Shown: positions 9,293 through 19,373, numbered from the stretch's first letter. The stretch is DNA of 64,000 bases from Methylococcaceae bacterium (GCA_947454605.1 CANGLL010000001.1:31523-95522), one strand, 5' to 3'. The notes: generated by a model not told the origin, from the sequence alone. A program made the numbers and translations.

Positions 9293-10624
9293 ATGCTAAT
9301 TATCGAGTTTTTAAAAATGTATTCCTTGAGCATGACTAGAAGCAAAATATTACCTTTTTTATGTGTACGCGTTATTTGTTTGTTAGGTGCTTTATTTTTT
9401 ATACCTAACATAGCTGTTAGCGATGAGGTGGTAGACAAAAATGTTAATCCTCCGACTGTTGGCCATATTGATTCAGTGGTGATAGATACAACCTTGTCGT
9501 TGTCAAAGCTAATTGATTTAACTATGGAGAAATATCCTGATGCCACTTGGTTAACCGCGTTGGAAGATGAAGCGATTGCATTATCTAAGCGAGGTGAAAG
9601 TTTGACCGCTGGCTCTGCTCAGTTGGCTCTTGGATATCAGTCAATTTCAACTTTTAGGCTTAATTATGGTACTGCAAATATACAAGTACCTTTATGGAAT
9701 TTGGGTCAACGAGATGCTCAAAATAATTTGGCTAATAAAGCTGAAACGAGTGCGACTCTGCAAGTCTCTGATGTTAAATTGAGGGTTGCCGGTTTAGTCA
9801 GAGGTGCTTTATGGGCGATTGCTTTAGCTAATATTCGATATGAGCAAGCTAAAGCTGAATTAGGTATTTACGAAAAATTATTGGCGACTATAAAGCGTAG
9901 GGTTGAATCAGGTGATTTGCCTCGTGCTGATGATTTATTGGCTCAAACTGAGCTATTACAAAAACGTTCTGTTTATACTCAAGCTGAAGCAGAGTTGATG
10001 CATGCTCGCAAGCGTTATATGTCTATTACACAGCTTAATAAAATACCGGCTAATTATGTAGAGCCGTTGGTTGCATTGAAAGAACTGGGGCAAAATCATC
10101 CGAGTTTAATTGCGTTAACCAGTGAAATTGATCGAAAACAAGCTGAATTAGTCGCTACGAAAGCGATTGGCTCGGGGCAAACGAATGTGGTGGCCGGTCT
10201 GTTAAGTGATGAAGGTAATGATTTTCGTAGTAATAAAGCAGAGTTTTTTAATGTGGGTGTGAGCGTGCCTTTTGGTGGAAGTGCTCATCTTCAACCTCAA
10301 ATTGCAGCCATTAATGTGGAATTAAATAAACTAATTTCTGAGCGAGATCAGTTATATAGAGACCTAGAGCAAGCGCATCATGAAGCAGAACATAATTTGG
10401 AAATAAATAAGGTTCAATTAGAGAATGCTAACGAACAACGAAAAGTTTCGGAAAAATTGTTAACAATGACAGAGTTGGCTTTCTCGGTCGGAGAAATTGA
10501 CTTAATGGATTTATTAAAAATACAGTCTAGAACACAACAGGCCATTCTTGCTGCTAAAGAGTGGGTTGTAATGATGCAACGAGATAAAGCGCTTTACAAC
10601 CAATCTGTTGGGATGATGCCATGA
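9293..10624 (+). CDS. TolC family outer-membrane efflux protein
   Basis: Signal-like N-terminus (true start may be 9332), VPLWNLGQR, GEIDLMDLLKIQ; first gene of a TolC-MFP-RND operon. Confidence 0.85.
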   Translation: MLIIEFLKMYSLSMTRSKILPFLCVRVICLLGALFFIPNIAVSDEVVDKNVNPPTVGHIDSVVIDTTLSLSKLIDLTMEKYPDATWLTALEDEAIALSKRGESLTAGSAQLALGYQSISTFRLNYGTANIQVPLWNLGQRDAQNNLANKAETSATLQVSDVKLRVAGLVRGALWAIALANIRYEQAKAELGIYEKLLATIKRRVESGDLPRADDLLAQTELLQKRSVYTQAEAELMHARKRYMSITQLNKIPANYVEPLVALKELGQNHPSLIALTSEIDRKQAELVATKAIGSGQTNVVAGLLSDEGNDFRSNKAEFFNVGVSVPFGGSAHLQPQIAAINVELNKLISERDQLYRDLEQAHHEAEHNLEINKVQLENANEQRKVSEKLLTMTELAFSVGEIDLMDLLKIQSRTQQAILAAKEWVVMMQRDKALYNQSVGMMP

Positions 10625-11721
10625 GAAAGTTAGTGTGCATATTTTTAGGTTTTTTTTGTTTAATAGTTTTGGCTAATGCGGAAACTGAAAATACCTTACA
10701 ACTTTCGCAAGAACAATTGACTAATTTAGGTATCAATCTAAGCCAAATTGAATCAACTCATCAATTCACCATTTTAAATGCGCCAGCTAAAGTGGTATTA
10801 CCTCCGGGTAATGAATACAGTGTAAGTGCTTCTCAAGCGGGCTTAGTTGTTAATATATCGGCATCTTTAGGGGACTCTGTAAAAAAAGGGCAGGTGTTGG
10901 CTCAGATTAACAGCCCAGATTTATTAGCTAATCAACGATTATATTTAAAAGCGCTGAATGATTTGCAGCTCAATTTATTGGCTTATGATCGTGATAAACA
11001 ATTAGTAGCTGAAGGTGTCATTGCAGAAAGACGTTGGCAAGAAACAAGCAGTCAATATAACACCTTTATTTATGAGGCAAATGAACTTAAACAATTATTA
11101 GAAATATCTGGAATGACTGTTGCAGAAATTGATCAATTGGCTAAATCTCATCGGTTAAGTGGTCAGTTGAATGTGAGAGCACCTATTTCTGGTGTTGTGT
11201 TAGATCGTTCTGTTTTAGTGGGGGAGCGTATTGATCTGCAAGCGCCACTGTTTAAAGTCGCTTTGTTAGATGAGTTATGGCTAGAAGTTAATGTGCCTCA
11301 TGAGCGTATTGATAGTATTAAATTGGGGGACATTGTTCTAATAGATAATAGTGCTGTGAGTGCTGAAATTATTTTGTTGGGTCAAAGTGTTAATTCAGAT
11401 AATCAGACAATACAAGTTAAGGCAAGGGTTCGAGGGAAGTATCCTGATATACGAACAGGTGAAACTATTAATACTCAAATTATAAAATTTCTTAAGACAC
11501 CGGCTTATAAAGTACCCAACGCGTCTGTTGCTCAATATGAAGGTAAAGTTTTTGTCTTTGTGCGAACCTCCTCTGGTTTTTCGATCAGTCCTATAAACAT
11601 TATTGGTAAGCAGGGTGATGACACCATTATAACAGGTGATTTTTCAGGTAAAGAAACAATAGCGATTAAAGGTGCGGTCGCTCTCAAAGCACTGTGGTTA
11701 GGTTTGGGGAGTTCAAAATAG
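10621..11721 (+). CDS. RND efflux periplasmic adaptor (MFP)
   Basis: GDSVKKGQVLA, VRAPISGVV; ATGA overlap with TolC. Confidence 0.9.
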   Translation: MRKLVCIFLGFFCLIVLANAETENTLQLSQEQLTNLGINLSQIESTHQFTILNAPAKVVLPPGNEYSVSASQAGLVVNISASLGDSVKKGQVLAQINSPDLLANQRLYLKALNDLQLNLLAYDRDKQLVAEGVIAERRWQETSSQYNTFIYEANELKQLLEISGMTVAEIDQLAKSHRLSGQLNVRAPISGVVLDRSVLVGERIDLQAPLFKVALLDELWLEVNVPHERIDSIKLGDIVLIDNSAVSAEIILLGQSVNSDNQTIQVKARVRGKYPDIRTGETINTQIIKFLKTPAYKVPNASVAQYEGKVFVFVRTSSGFSISPINIIGKQGDDTIITGDFSGKETIAIKGAVALKALWLGLGSSK

Positions 11722-14700
11722 TGTCTATTTTGATACGTTTTGCGCTGAGTCAGCGACTGCTAATAATAATTATTGTAGGGTTATTATGTGGTGGCGGTTA
11801 TTTTGCTTTTAAGAATATACCTATTGATGCGTTTCCAGAAGTTTCTCCCACACAAGTAAAAGTGATCGTTAAAGCGCCGGGTATGACGCCTGAAGAAGTT
11901 GAATCTAGAATTACTGCGCGTATAGAGGTGGAGTTATTGGGCATTCCTCATCAAATTATGTTGAGATCTATCGCTAAATACGCTTTAACTGATATTACCG
12001 TCGATTTTAAGGAAGGTACTGATATTTATTGGGCTCGCCAACAAGTCGCTGAACGTTTGAATGGTATGTGGGCTAATTTACCAACGGGAGTGGAAGGGGG
12101 CATTGCGCCAATGACGACGCCTTTAGGAGAAATGTTTATGTTTACCATTGAAGGTGGCGATTTAAACTTGATGGAGCGCAGGGATTTATTAGACTGGGTT
12201 ATCCGGCCAGCTTTAAGAACCGTACCTGGCGTGGCAGATGTTAATTCATTAGGTGGATTGGTTAGAAGTTTTGAAGTTGTGCCAGACCATATTCGATTAG
12301 CTGGGCGCGGCATTGGCATTGATAAATTGATACAAGCCTTGCAGAATAATAATCGTAATGACGGTGCGGGTCGAATGAGCGATGGTGAGGAAGCCTTAAT
12401 CGTTCGGGCGGATGGACGTATTAAAAGTTTAGCAGATGTCAGTGGTATTGTAGTTGATAATCAAGCCGGTTCGCCAATTACGGTAGCTGATGTCGCAGAG
12501 GTTAAAATAGGTGCTCTGACGCGGTATGGTGCGGTTAGTAAGAACGGTCTTGGGGAAGCAGTTACCGGTTTGGTTTTAAGTTTACGTGGCGCCAATGCAA
12601 GACAAACTATAGAAGGTATTCAAGCCAAATTGGCTCAAATCAGCGCAGCATTTCCTAAGGGTGTGGAGGTTAAAGTCTTTTATGATAGGGGTAATTTAGT
12701 TAATAAAGCAGTTGATACTGTGTTACATGCTTTATTAGAAGCCATTGCTTTAGTCGTTATTTTGCTCGTGTTATTTTTGGGTAATATTCGAGCGGCGGTG
12801 GTGGTCGCTTTAGCGTTGCCAATGGCGGCTTTATTTACCTTTATTATGATGCATTTCATGGGTATGTCTGCAAACTTAATGAGTTTAGGTGGCTTAGCGA
12901 TTGCGATTGGTATGTTAGTGGATGCAGCTGTGGTGGTGGTTGAAAATTTAATCACGCATTTAGCCCATGTTGAAAAAGCTAAGCGCTTACCCAGATTACA
13001 TATGATTTATCGGGCGAGTTGTGAAGTTGCGGGCTCGGTGACCTCTGGTATTTTAATTATTATTATCGTGTTTTTGCCTTTAATAACATTACAAGGTTTG
13101 GAAGGTAAATTATTCACTCCAGTGGCTTTAACCATCGTTTTTGCTTTGAGTGGATCTTTGGTGTTGTCTCTTACCGCCATTCCTGTGATTGCATCCTATC
13201 TTTTAAAAGAAGTGTCCCACGAAGAGCCATGGTTGCCAAGGCAATTACAAAAGGCATACAAGCCCTTGTTGCTGTGGTGTTTAGCAAATAGTAAAAAATT
13301 GTTTGCGGGTGTCGGTGTTTTATTAGTGATAACGATGATAATTTTTACGCAAATTGGTAGCACCTTTATGCCGACCATGGATGAAGGCGATATTATCGTG
13401 CAGCTAGAAAAACTGCCCTCTATTACTTTAGATCAGTCGGTGATGTTAGATGGGCAAGTGCAAAAAAATCTTCTTAAACATATACCTGAGATAGAAACTG
13501 TGGTGTCGAGGGTGGGTTCTGATGAGTTGGGACTTGACCCTATGGGTTTAAATGAAACGGATACTTTTTTAGTATTAAAGCCTAAAGATCAATGGCGGGT
13601 GGCTAATAAAGAGGCATTGATTGAAGAAATTCGAAAAGTGATGGAACAAACCCCTGGCATCGCTTTCGGTTTTACACAGCCCATTGAAATGCGTGTTTCA
13701 GAAATGTTAACAGGGACCCGAGGGGATGTTGCCGTTAAATTATTTGGTTCTGATTTGGCGGTGCTTGATCAAAAAGCCGTTGAGATAGCAGAAGTATTGA
13801 AACATATTACAGGCTCAGCCGATGTGTTCTCTAAGCAAAATAATGGTATGCAGTTTTTACAACTGACGATTGATCGGTTAGCAGCAGGCCGTTTGGGGTT
13901 AGATGTTGATGGGATAGAAACATTGTTGCGTGCCCAGATAGAAGGTTTAAATTTAGGGGTAGTACAAGAAGGTATTAAGCGTACCCCCTTAATTTTAAGA
14001 GGTAAAAGTAATATGGCTAATTTCGACAATTTGCAAATTACTTTACCAAATGGTCATCATATTCATGTGACCGAAATCGCAAAAATAGAAAAAGTTGAGG
14101 GTGTGGTATCCGTCGGCAGAGAGCGTGGACAGCGCTTTGTGGTGGTTCGCAGTAATGTACAAGACCGAGATTTAGTAGGGTTTGTTGAAGAAGCGCGTAA
14201 AGCTGTGGCTGAAAAGGTTAAATTACCGATTGGTTATACTGTAGAGTTCGGTGGTCAGTTTGAAAACCAACAACGGGCAGCCGCCACTTTATCTATTGTG
14301 GTGCCTGTGGCGTTAGGTTTAATTTTCTTATTGTTGTTTTCAACATTTGGCTCTGTGCGTCAAGCAGCGCTCGTTTTATCTAATATTCCTCTGGCAATGG
14401 TAGGCGGTGTTTTTGGCTTATGGATATCAGGTGAATATCTATCAGTGCCAGCTTCGGTCGGTTTTATTGCTTTATTAGGTATTGCAGTATTAAACGGCGT
14501 GGTGATGGTGAGTTACTTTAATCAATTAAAAGCCACGGGTATGGATATGTTAAAGGTGGTGACAATAGGGTCTTCTCGACGACTAAGACCTGTCTTAATG
14601 ACCGCGAGTATTGCGGCTTTTGGACTTATTCCTTTGTTATTTGCGACAGGTCCGGGTTCCGAAATTCAAAGACCTTTAGCGATAGTGGTGATTGGCGGTT

Positions 14701-14783
14701 TAGTGTCGTCTACTTTTCTAACCTTATTTTTATTACCTATCTTATATAAACAATTCGGCGTTCCTAAGGAGTCGATGCAATGA
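11721..14783 (+). CDS. CusA/CzcA family heavy-metal efflux RND transporter
   Basis: IPIDAFPEV, LMSLGGLAIAIGMLVDAAVVVVEN, GQFENQQRA, RRLRPVLMTA; GTG at 11721 overlaps the MFP stop (track start 11694). Confidence 0.93.
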   Translation: MSILIRFALSQRLLIIIIVGLLCGGGYFAFKNIPIDAFPEVSPTQVKVIVKAPGMTPEEVESRITARIEVELLGIPHQIMLRSIAKYALTDITVDFKEGTDIYWARQQVAERLNGMWANLPTGVEGGIAPMTTPLGEMFMFTIEGGDLNLMERRDLLDWVIRPALRTVPGVADVNSLGGLVRSFEVVPDHIRLAGRGIGIDKLIQALQNNNRNDGAGRMSDGEEALIVRADGRIKSLADVSGIVVDNQAGSPITVADVAEVKIGALTRYGAVSKNGLGEAVTGLVLSLRGANARQTIEGIQAKLAQISAAFPKGVEVKVFYDRGNLVNKAVDTVLHALLEAIALVVILLVLFLGNIRAAVVVALALPMAALFTFIMMHFMGMSANLMSLGGLAIAIGMLVDAAVVVVENLITHLAHVEKAKRLPRLHMIYRASCEVAGSVTSGILIIIIVFLPLITLQGLEGKLFTPVALTIVFALSGSLVLSLTAIPVIASYLLKEVSHEEPWLPRQLQKAYKPLLLWCLANSKKLFAGVGVLLVITMIIFTQIGSTFMPTMDEGDIIVQLEKLPSITLDQSVMLDGQVQKNLLKHIPEIETVVSRVGSDELGLDPMGLNETDTFLVLKPKDQWRVANKEALIEEIRKVMEQTPGIAFGFTQPIEMRVSEMLTGTRGDVAVKLFGSDLAVLDQKAVEIAEVLKHITGSADVFSKQNNGMQFLQLTIDRLAAGRLGLDVDGIETLLRAQIEGLNLGVVQEGIKRTPLILRGKSNMANFDNLQITLPNGHHIHVTEIAKIEKVEGVVSVGRERGQRFVVVRSNVQDRDLVGFVEEARKAVAEKVKLPIGYTVEFGGQFENQQRAAATLSIVVPVALGLIFLLLFSTFGSVRQAALVLSNIPLAMVGGVFGLWISGEYLSVPASVGFIALLGIAVLNGVVMVSYFNQLKATGMDMLKVVTIGSSRRLRPVLMTASIAAFGLIPLLFATGPGSEIQRPLAIVVIGGLVSSTFLTLFLLPILYKQFGVPKESMQ

Positions 14784-15085
14784 GTGGTACAGAATATTTA
14801 GTGACGCTTAATATTCCACCAAGTTTGGAAGAAATGATGGTGGATAGTCTTTTATTATTGGAAACTGAGCACGGCTTTAGTAGTTTTGAGGTGAATGCGC
14901 ATCATCATGTGCACCATGGGTTATCTTTAGCAGAGCAAGTAACTGGGCGTCAGAAACGGGTTCGATTTCAGTTGTATGTGCCAGCGGCAAAGTTGCCCGA
15001 TTTAATTGCTAAATTGCGGGAAGACTTTGCCGATTCAGGTATTCAATATTGGGTATTACCTGTGATTGAGAATGGCGTTATTTAA
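14780..15085 (+). CDS. DUF3240 family protein (P-II/GlnB-like fold)
   Basis: LEEMMVDSLL, GFSSF, LSLAEQVTGRQ, YWVLPV pattern; ATGA overlap with the RND gene. Confidence 0.8.
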   Translation: MSGTEYLVTLNIPPSLEEMMVDSLLLLETEHGFSSFEVNAHHHVHHGLSLAEQVTGRQKRVRFQLYVPAAKLPDLIAKLREDFADSGIQYWVLPVIENGVI

Positions 15086-15087
15086 AT

Positions 15088-17769
15088 TTAAAGCTTTTTA
15101 CTGACTTTCATCACCTCAGCATTGTCAGCTAAAGTTTCTATACTAAAGCCTAGTTTGCTAACCAGTCCTAACATAGGTTTGTTAGCAGTTAATACTTCTC
15201 CAGTAAAAATTTCCATACCCTTGTCTTTGGCAGAGCGCATAAGCTCGATAAGTATTTTTGTTCCGACCCCCAAGCCTTGCGCATCATCCACGACGACCAG
15301 AGCAAACTCTACCGACTTACCATCAGGGCTCATAACATAACGCCCCACCCCCAGTTCTTTAGTTTGGTTAAGGTCGGGATTATGGGTAATAGCAATAAAA
15401 GCCATTTCTCGGTCGTAATCAATTTGCGTGAAGCGCACAATCATTTCAGGTGTTAGTTCTTGTAAGGCTTGCATAAACCTAAAATATTTTGTGTCAGCTG
15501 ATAAGCGACTATGGAAGTCTTGTTCTAATTCGGCATCTTCAGGGCGAATCGGTCGAATGATAATATCCATATCATTGCTGAGTTTGTGGTGTTGAATGAG
15601 TTCATGCGGATAGGGATGTATAGCCATATGTTGATAAGCTTTGGCAGGTGCTGATAATTGCGCCTTAATGCGCGCATCAACGGCGATAGCGCCTTGCTCA
15701 TCCACAATCAGTGGATTAACATCCAGTTCTAAAAGTTCAGGCAGTTCACTGACTAAGGTTGAAATATTGAGTAATACTTCAACAAGCGCTTTGGTATTAG
15801 CTGGTGCTAAATTTCGGAACTTTTTTAAATATTTACCTGCTTTGGTTTTAGCGATCATTTGCTCAATCATATAAGCATTGAGTGGAGGTAAGGCGATGGC
15901 ATTATCTTTAATAATTTCTACCATTGTGCCACCTAAACCAAAGCTAATAGCTGGGCCAAAAACAGGATCTCTCACCACTCCTATCATTAACTCTCGGCCG
16001 TTAGTGCTTTTAAACATCGGTTCAACCGTCATACCTATTTCGGTAATATCGGGTTGAACGGTTCTAATAGCAGCCGCCATATCGGTATAGTGTTGAGCGA
16101 TGGCTTCGGTGCTTGAGATGTTAAGTTTTACGCCGCCAATATCAGATTTATGGCTAAATTCCGCCATATTGATTTTTAATACCACCGGAAAGCCAATGTT
16201 TTCAGCAGCTTTGACTGCCTCTTCCGCACTGCCTACTGACAGAGTGGGTGTGACGGGAATATTAAATGCCGATAAGACAGCTTTGGCTTCTTGGGTGGTT
16301 AATACTGTTCGACCTGTGACTAGTACAGATTGAATAATAGTTCGAGCTTTTTCTGCATCTGGCTCGGCTTGTTCTTCACGCGATTTAGGGATTTGATTAA
16401 GCAAGATTTGGTTTTCTGCGTAGTTGGCTAAGAAAGCAAACGCATCTACGGCTGTTTCTGGTGTGCTAAAGTGAGCGACTTTACTATTAGTAAACAGATT
16501 TCGTCCGTCGATCACTTTGGCGCCCCCTGTCCATGAGGCCAAGACGGGTTTAGAGCTGTTTTTTGCGCCGTCAATAATACATTGAGCAATCTGAGTGGGT
16601 TCAGTCATTGCTTGAGGCGTTAAAATGACCAGTATGCCATCAATTTGATCGTCTTTGAGGCAAACTTCTAGGGCTCTTTGATAACGCTCAGCTGTGGCAT
16701 CACCCAGAATATCAATGGGATTAGCATGTGACCAGTGCGGTGGTAATACCGTATTTAAGGCTTCAATACTGTCTGTGCTCAGTTCGGCCATTTGGATGCC
16801 AACATCTTCGGCGCGGTCGGTACTCATGACGCCGGGACCACCTGCATTAGTAATTATAGCTAGGCGATCTTGTTTTATGACGTAATTATTTGCTAAAACG
16901 CGAGCTGCCGAGAATAATTCGGTAATGGTATAGGCTCTTACCACACCCGCTCTGGCAATCGCGGCATCGAACACATGATCGCCACCGACCATGGCTCCGG
17001 TATGCGACATAGCCGCTTTACAGCCCGCTTCATGACGACCTGATTTAATTAAAATAACCGGTTTTAAACGCGCGGCGGCTTTAAGGCCACTTAAAAAACG
17101 GCGCGCATCTCGAATGCCTTCAACGTACATTAAAATGCCAGTGGTTTTGGGATCAGTTGCGAGATAGTCCAGAACTTCCCCAAAATCGATATCTGCGGCG
17201 CCACCCATAGATACTACCGTAGAAAATCCGATATCTTGGACTTTAGCCCAATCTAAAATAGCCGTACAAATCGCGCCAGATTGGGAAAGTAAGGCAAGAT
17301 TGCCGTCCTTAATAACGCCATCGCCAAAGGTGGCATTTAGTTTGCCATTGGGTCTGGCTACGCCTAGACAATTAGGGCCAATAAAACGGATTTGATAGCG
17401 GTGGGCAATATCTAAAACCTCTTGTTGCAGTCTTTTGCCTTCATCTCCTAGTTCACCAAATCCCGCAGTGATAATAATCACTGCGCGGACGCCTTTATCA
17501 CCGCATTGTTGCATGACGCTGGGTACCGTAGGTGCGGGAGTGGCGATAACGACTAGATCTATTGCTTCCGGAATGCTGAGTAAATTAGGGTAAGCTTTTA
17601 AGCCTAATATTTGTTCGCGCTTATGATTAACAGGATAAAGGTTGCCATTAAAGCCGGCTTCTTGCATGTTGAGTAATAATCGATAACCCACACTTTCTTC
17701 ACGTTCTGAGGCACCGACAATGGCTACTGATTGAGGGGTAAAAAAAGGGTTTAAGTAATGAGGGTCCAT
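15088..17769 (-). CDS. Bifunctional acetate-CoA ligase (ADP-forming)-like / GNAT protein lysine acetyltransferase (Pat/Pka type)
   Basis: CoA-binding N-terminus (GPNCLG, SQSGA, SHTGA), ATP-grasp (HKSDIGGV), C-terminal GNAT (IRPIRPEDA, FTQIDYDREMA, QGLGVG). Confidence 0.9.
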   Translation of the reverse strand: MDPHYLNPFFTPQSVAIVGASEREESVGYRLLLNMQEAGFNGNLYPVNHKREQILGLKAYPNLLSIPEAIDLVVIATPAPTVPSVMQQCGDKGVRAVIIITAGFGELGDEGKRLQQEVLDIAHRYQIRFIGPNCLGVARPNGKLNATFGDGVIKDGNLALLSQSGAICTAILDWAKVQDIGFSTVVSMGGAADIDFGEVLDYLATDPKTTGILMYVEGIRDARRFLSGLKAAARLKPVILIKSGRHEAGCKAAMSHTGAMVGGDHVFDAAIARAGVVRAYTITELFSAARVLANNYVIKQDRLAIITNAGGPGVMSTDRAEDVGIQMAELSTDSIEALNTVLPPHWSHANPIDILGDATAERYQRALEVCLKDDQIDGILVILTPQAMTEPTQIAQCIIDGAKNSSKPVLASWTGGAKVIDGRNLFTNSKVAHFSTPETAVDAFAFLANYAENQILLNQIPKSREEQAEPDAEKARTIIQSVLVTGRTVLTTQEAKAVLSAFNIPVTPTLSVGSAEEAVKAAENIGFPVVLKINMAEFSHKSDIGGVKLNISSTEAIAQHYTDMAAAIRTVQPDITEIGMTVEPMFKSTNGRELMIGVVRDPVFGPAISFGLGGTMVEIIKDNAIALPPLNAYMIEQMIAKTKAGKYLKKFRNLAPANTKALVEVLLNISTLVSELPELLELDVNPLIVDEQGAIAVDARIKAQLSAPAKAYQHMAIHPYPHELIQHHKLSNDMDIIIRPIRPEDAELEQDFHSRLSADTKYFRFMQALQELTPEMIVRFTQIDYDREMAFIAITHNPDLNQTKELGVGRYVMSPDGKSVEFALVVVDDAQGLGVGTKILIELMRSAKDKGMEIFTGEVLTANKPMLGLVSKLGFSIETLADNAEVMKVSKKL

Positions 17770-17934
17770 CGTTGCTCCTAATTAAGCTTAATGCTGGTAA
17801 TTTTGATTTAAATTTGCTTACTTAAACAATAGCATAATTTTATGACAACACTTATATTAAGTGTGGTTTTAGGTCGACTTGTTTATCGGGGTAGTTTATT
17901 GGTATAGAGTACTCAATTAATAATAGTTAGCTGT

Positions 17935-18621
17935 TTATTTATGAAAATGTTCACTTGGACATGCGCTCTGTCTTAAACTAATGATAGGCCAGTGGTTAGC
18001 GGTAGCGAATGCGCTTAATTTTTCATCTGGATCAACAGCTACGGGGTGATCGACTAATTTGAGCAAGGGTAAATCGTTATGAGAGTCACTATAGAAGTAA
18101 CTGTTTTGCATAGTCTCGTTTGAGGTTTTGAGCCATGCTTCTAATAGTTTAACTTTGCCTTCTTGAAAACAAGGGATGCCATCTACTTTGCCAGTATATT
18201 GACCATTGATAAATTCAGGGTTGCTAGCTAATAAATTTTTAATGCCGTATAGATTAACAATAGGTTCGGTTACAAACCGATTCGTAGCGGTGATAACTAA
18301 TAAAGTATCTCCTTTTGCACGATGCTGGTTAATAAGTTCTTGAGCGGGGGGTAATAAAATGGGGGTAATGATGTCGCGAATAAACTGCTTACGCCATTCA
18401 TACAGTTGCTGGGTATCATTATCCGCTAAGGGTTTTAAAGAGAAACTTAAAAACTCTAAAATATCTAAGTTACCTTCTTTGTATTGCTTATAAAATTTTA
18501 TATTTGCGGCTTCATAATAGGCTTTATCTACAATACCTTGGTCAACTAAAAACTGTCCCCATAAGTAATCGCTATCATCTGCAATCAGGGTGTTATCTAA
18601 ATCAAAAATCGCTAAACTCAC
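17935..18621 (-). CDS. HAD-IB family hydrolase (probable histidinol-phosphate phosphatase)
   Basis: DLDNTL motif I, ITATN, YSDSHNDLPLL; GTG start at 18621; divergent from rppH as in other gammaproteobacteria. Confidence 0.85.
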   Translation of the reverse strand: MSLAIFDLDNTLIADDSDYLWGQFLVDQGIVDKAYYEAANIKFYKQYKEGNLDILEFLSFSLKPLADNDTQQLYEWRKQFIRDIITPILLPPAQELINQHRAKGDTLLVITATNRFVTEPIVNLYGIKNLLASNPEFINGQYTGKVDGIPCFQEGKVKLLEAWLKTSNETMQNSYFYSDSHNDLPLLKLVDHPVAVDPDEKLSAFATANHWPIISLRQSACPSEHFHK

Positions 18622-18776
18622 ATTAAACCTGTCTGAATTAATTAAATGCCTTATGCACTCTGGCATCTAAGGTTTTTTTATGGAACAATGGAGATATTAT
18701 AAACAACCTGACCCCTTTTGTAATTTAACCCGTTGGTAAAATTAACTTTACGGTCAGAATAGAAACAGGTTTTAAC

Positions 18777-19328
18777 ATGATAGACTCTAAAGGATACCGG
18801 CCCAATGTCGGCATAATCCTTTGCAATGACGAGGGTCGTGTGTTTTGGGCTAAACGAATGGGCGTTAATGCGTGGCAGTTTCCGCAGGGCGGAATTAACG
18901 CTAACGAAGATCCCGAAGCAGCGATGTATCGAGAATTGTGGGAAGAAACAGGCTTAGAAGAGCAGCATGTGGAGTTGCTGGGTAGAACGCGTTATTGGTT
19001 GAGGTATCAATTACCTGATCGTTATATTAGGAAAAGTTCTGCGCCCTTATGTATTGGTCAAAAACAAATTTGGTATATGTTGCGTTTAATCACGCAAGAG
19101 TCAAATGTAAGGTTTGATCATTGTGAGAAGCCCGAATTTGATAGTTGGCGCTGGGTAGATTATTGGGAGCCTCTGGAAGATGTCGTGTACTTTAAGCGTA
19201 AGGTTTATCAAAAGGCGATGACGGAACTGGGTGCAATACTTGCGTTAGATTCTATTCCGGTTAATGCGGCGAGTTATTTAGCTAAGCCTGTTAAGCCAAA
19301 TCAGTCGAAAAACTCAAACTCAAAATAA
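18777..19328 (+). CDS. rppH: RNA pyrophosphohydrolase
   Basis: [22 protein letters not shown], Nudix box [20 protein letters not shown]. Confidence 0.96.
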   Translation: MIDSKGYRPNVGIILCNDEGRVFWAKRMGVNAWQFPQGGINANEDPEAAMYRELWEETGLEEQHVELLGRTRYWLRYQLPDRYIRKSSAPLCIGQKQIWYMLRLITQESNVRFDHCEKPEFDSWRWVDYWEPLEDVVYFKRKVYQKAMTELGAILALDSIPVNAASYLAKPVKPNQSKNSNSK

Positions 19329-19333
19329 TTGCG

Positions 19334-19360
19334 AGCGCTGGATTCTTAAATACTAGCGCT
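19334..19360. terminator. Possible hairpin terminator between convergent rppH and epmB
   Basis: AGCGCTGG...CTAGCGCT stem followed by a T-rich tract on the + strand. Confidence 0.35.
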
Positions 19361-19373
19361 AGTTATTTTGTTC

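Noticed and set aside
9256-9546. 96-aa minus-strand ORF
   Set aside because: Overlaps the TolC 5' end antisense; no family features.
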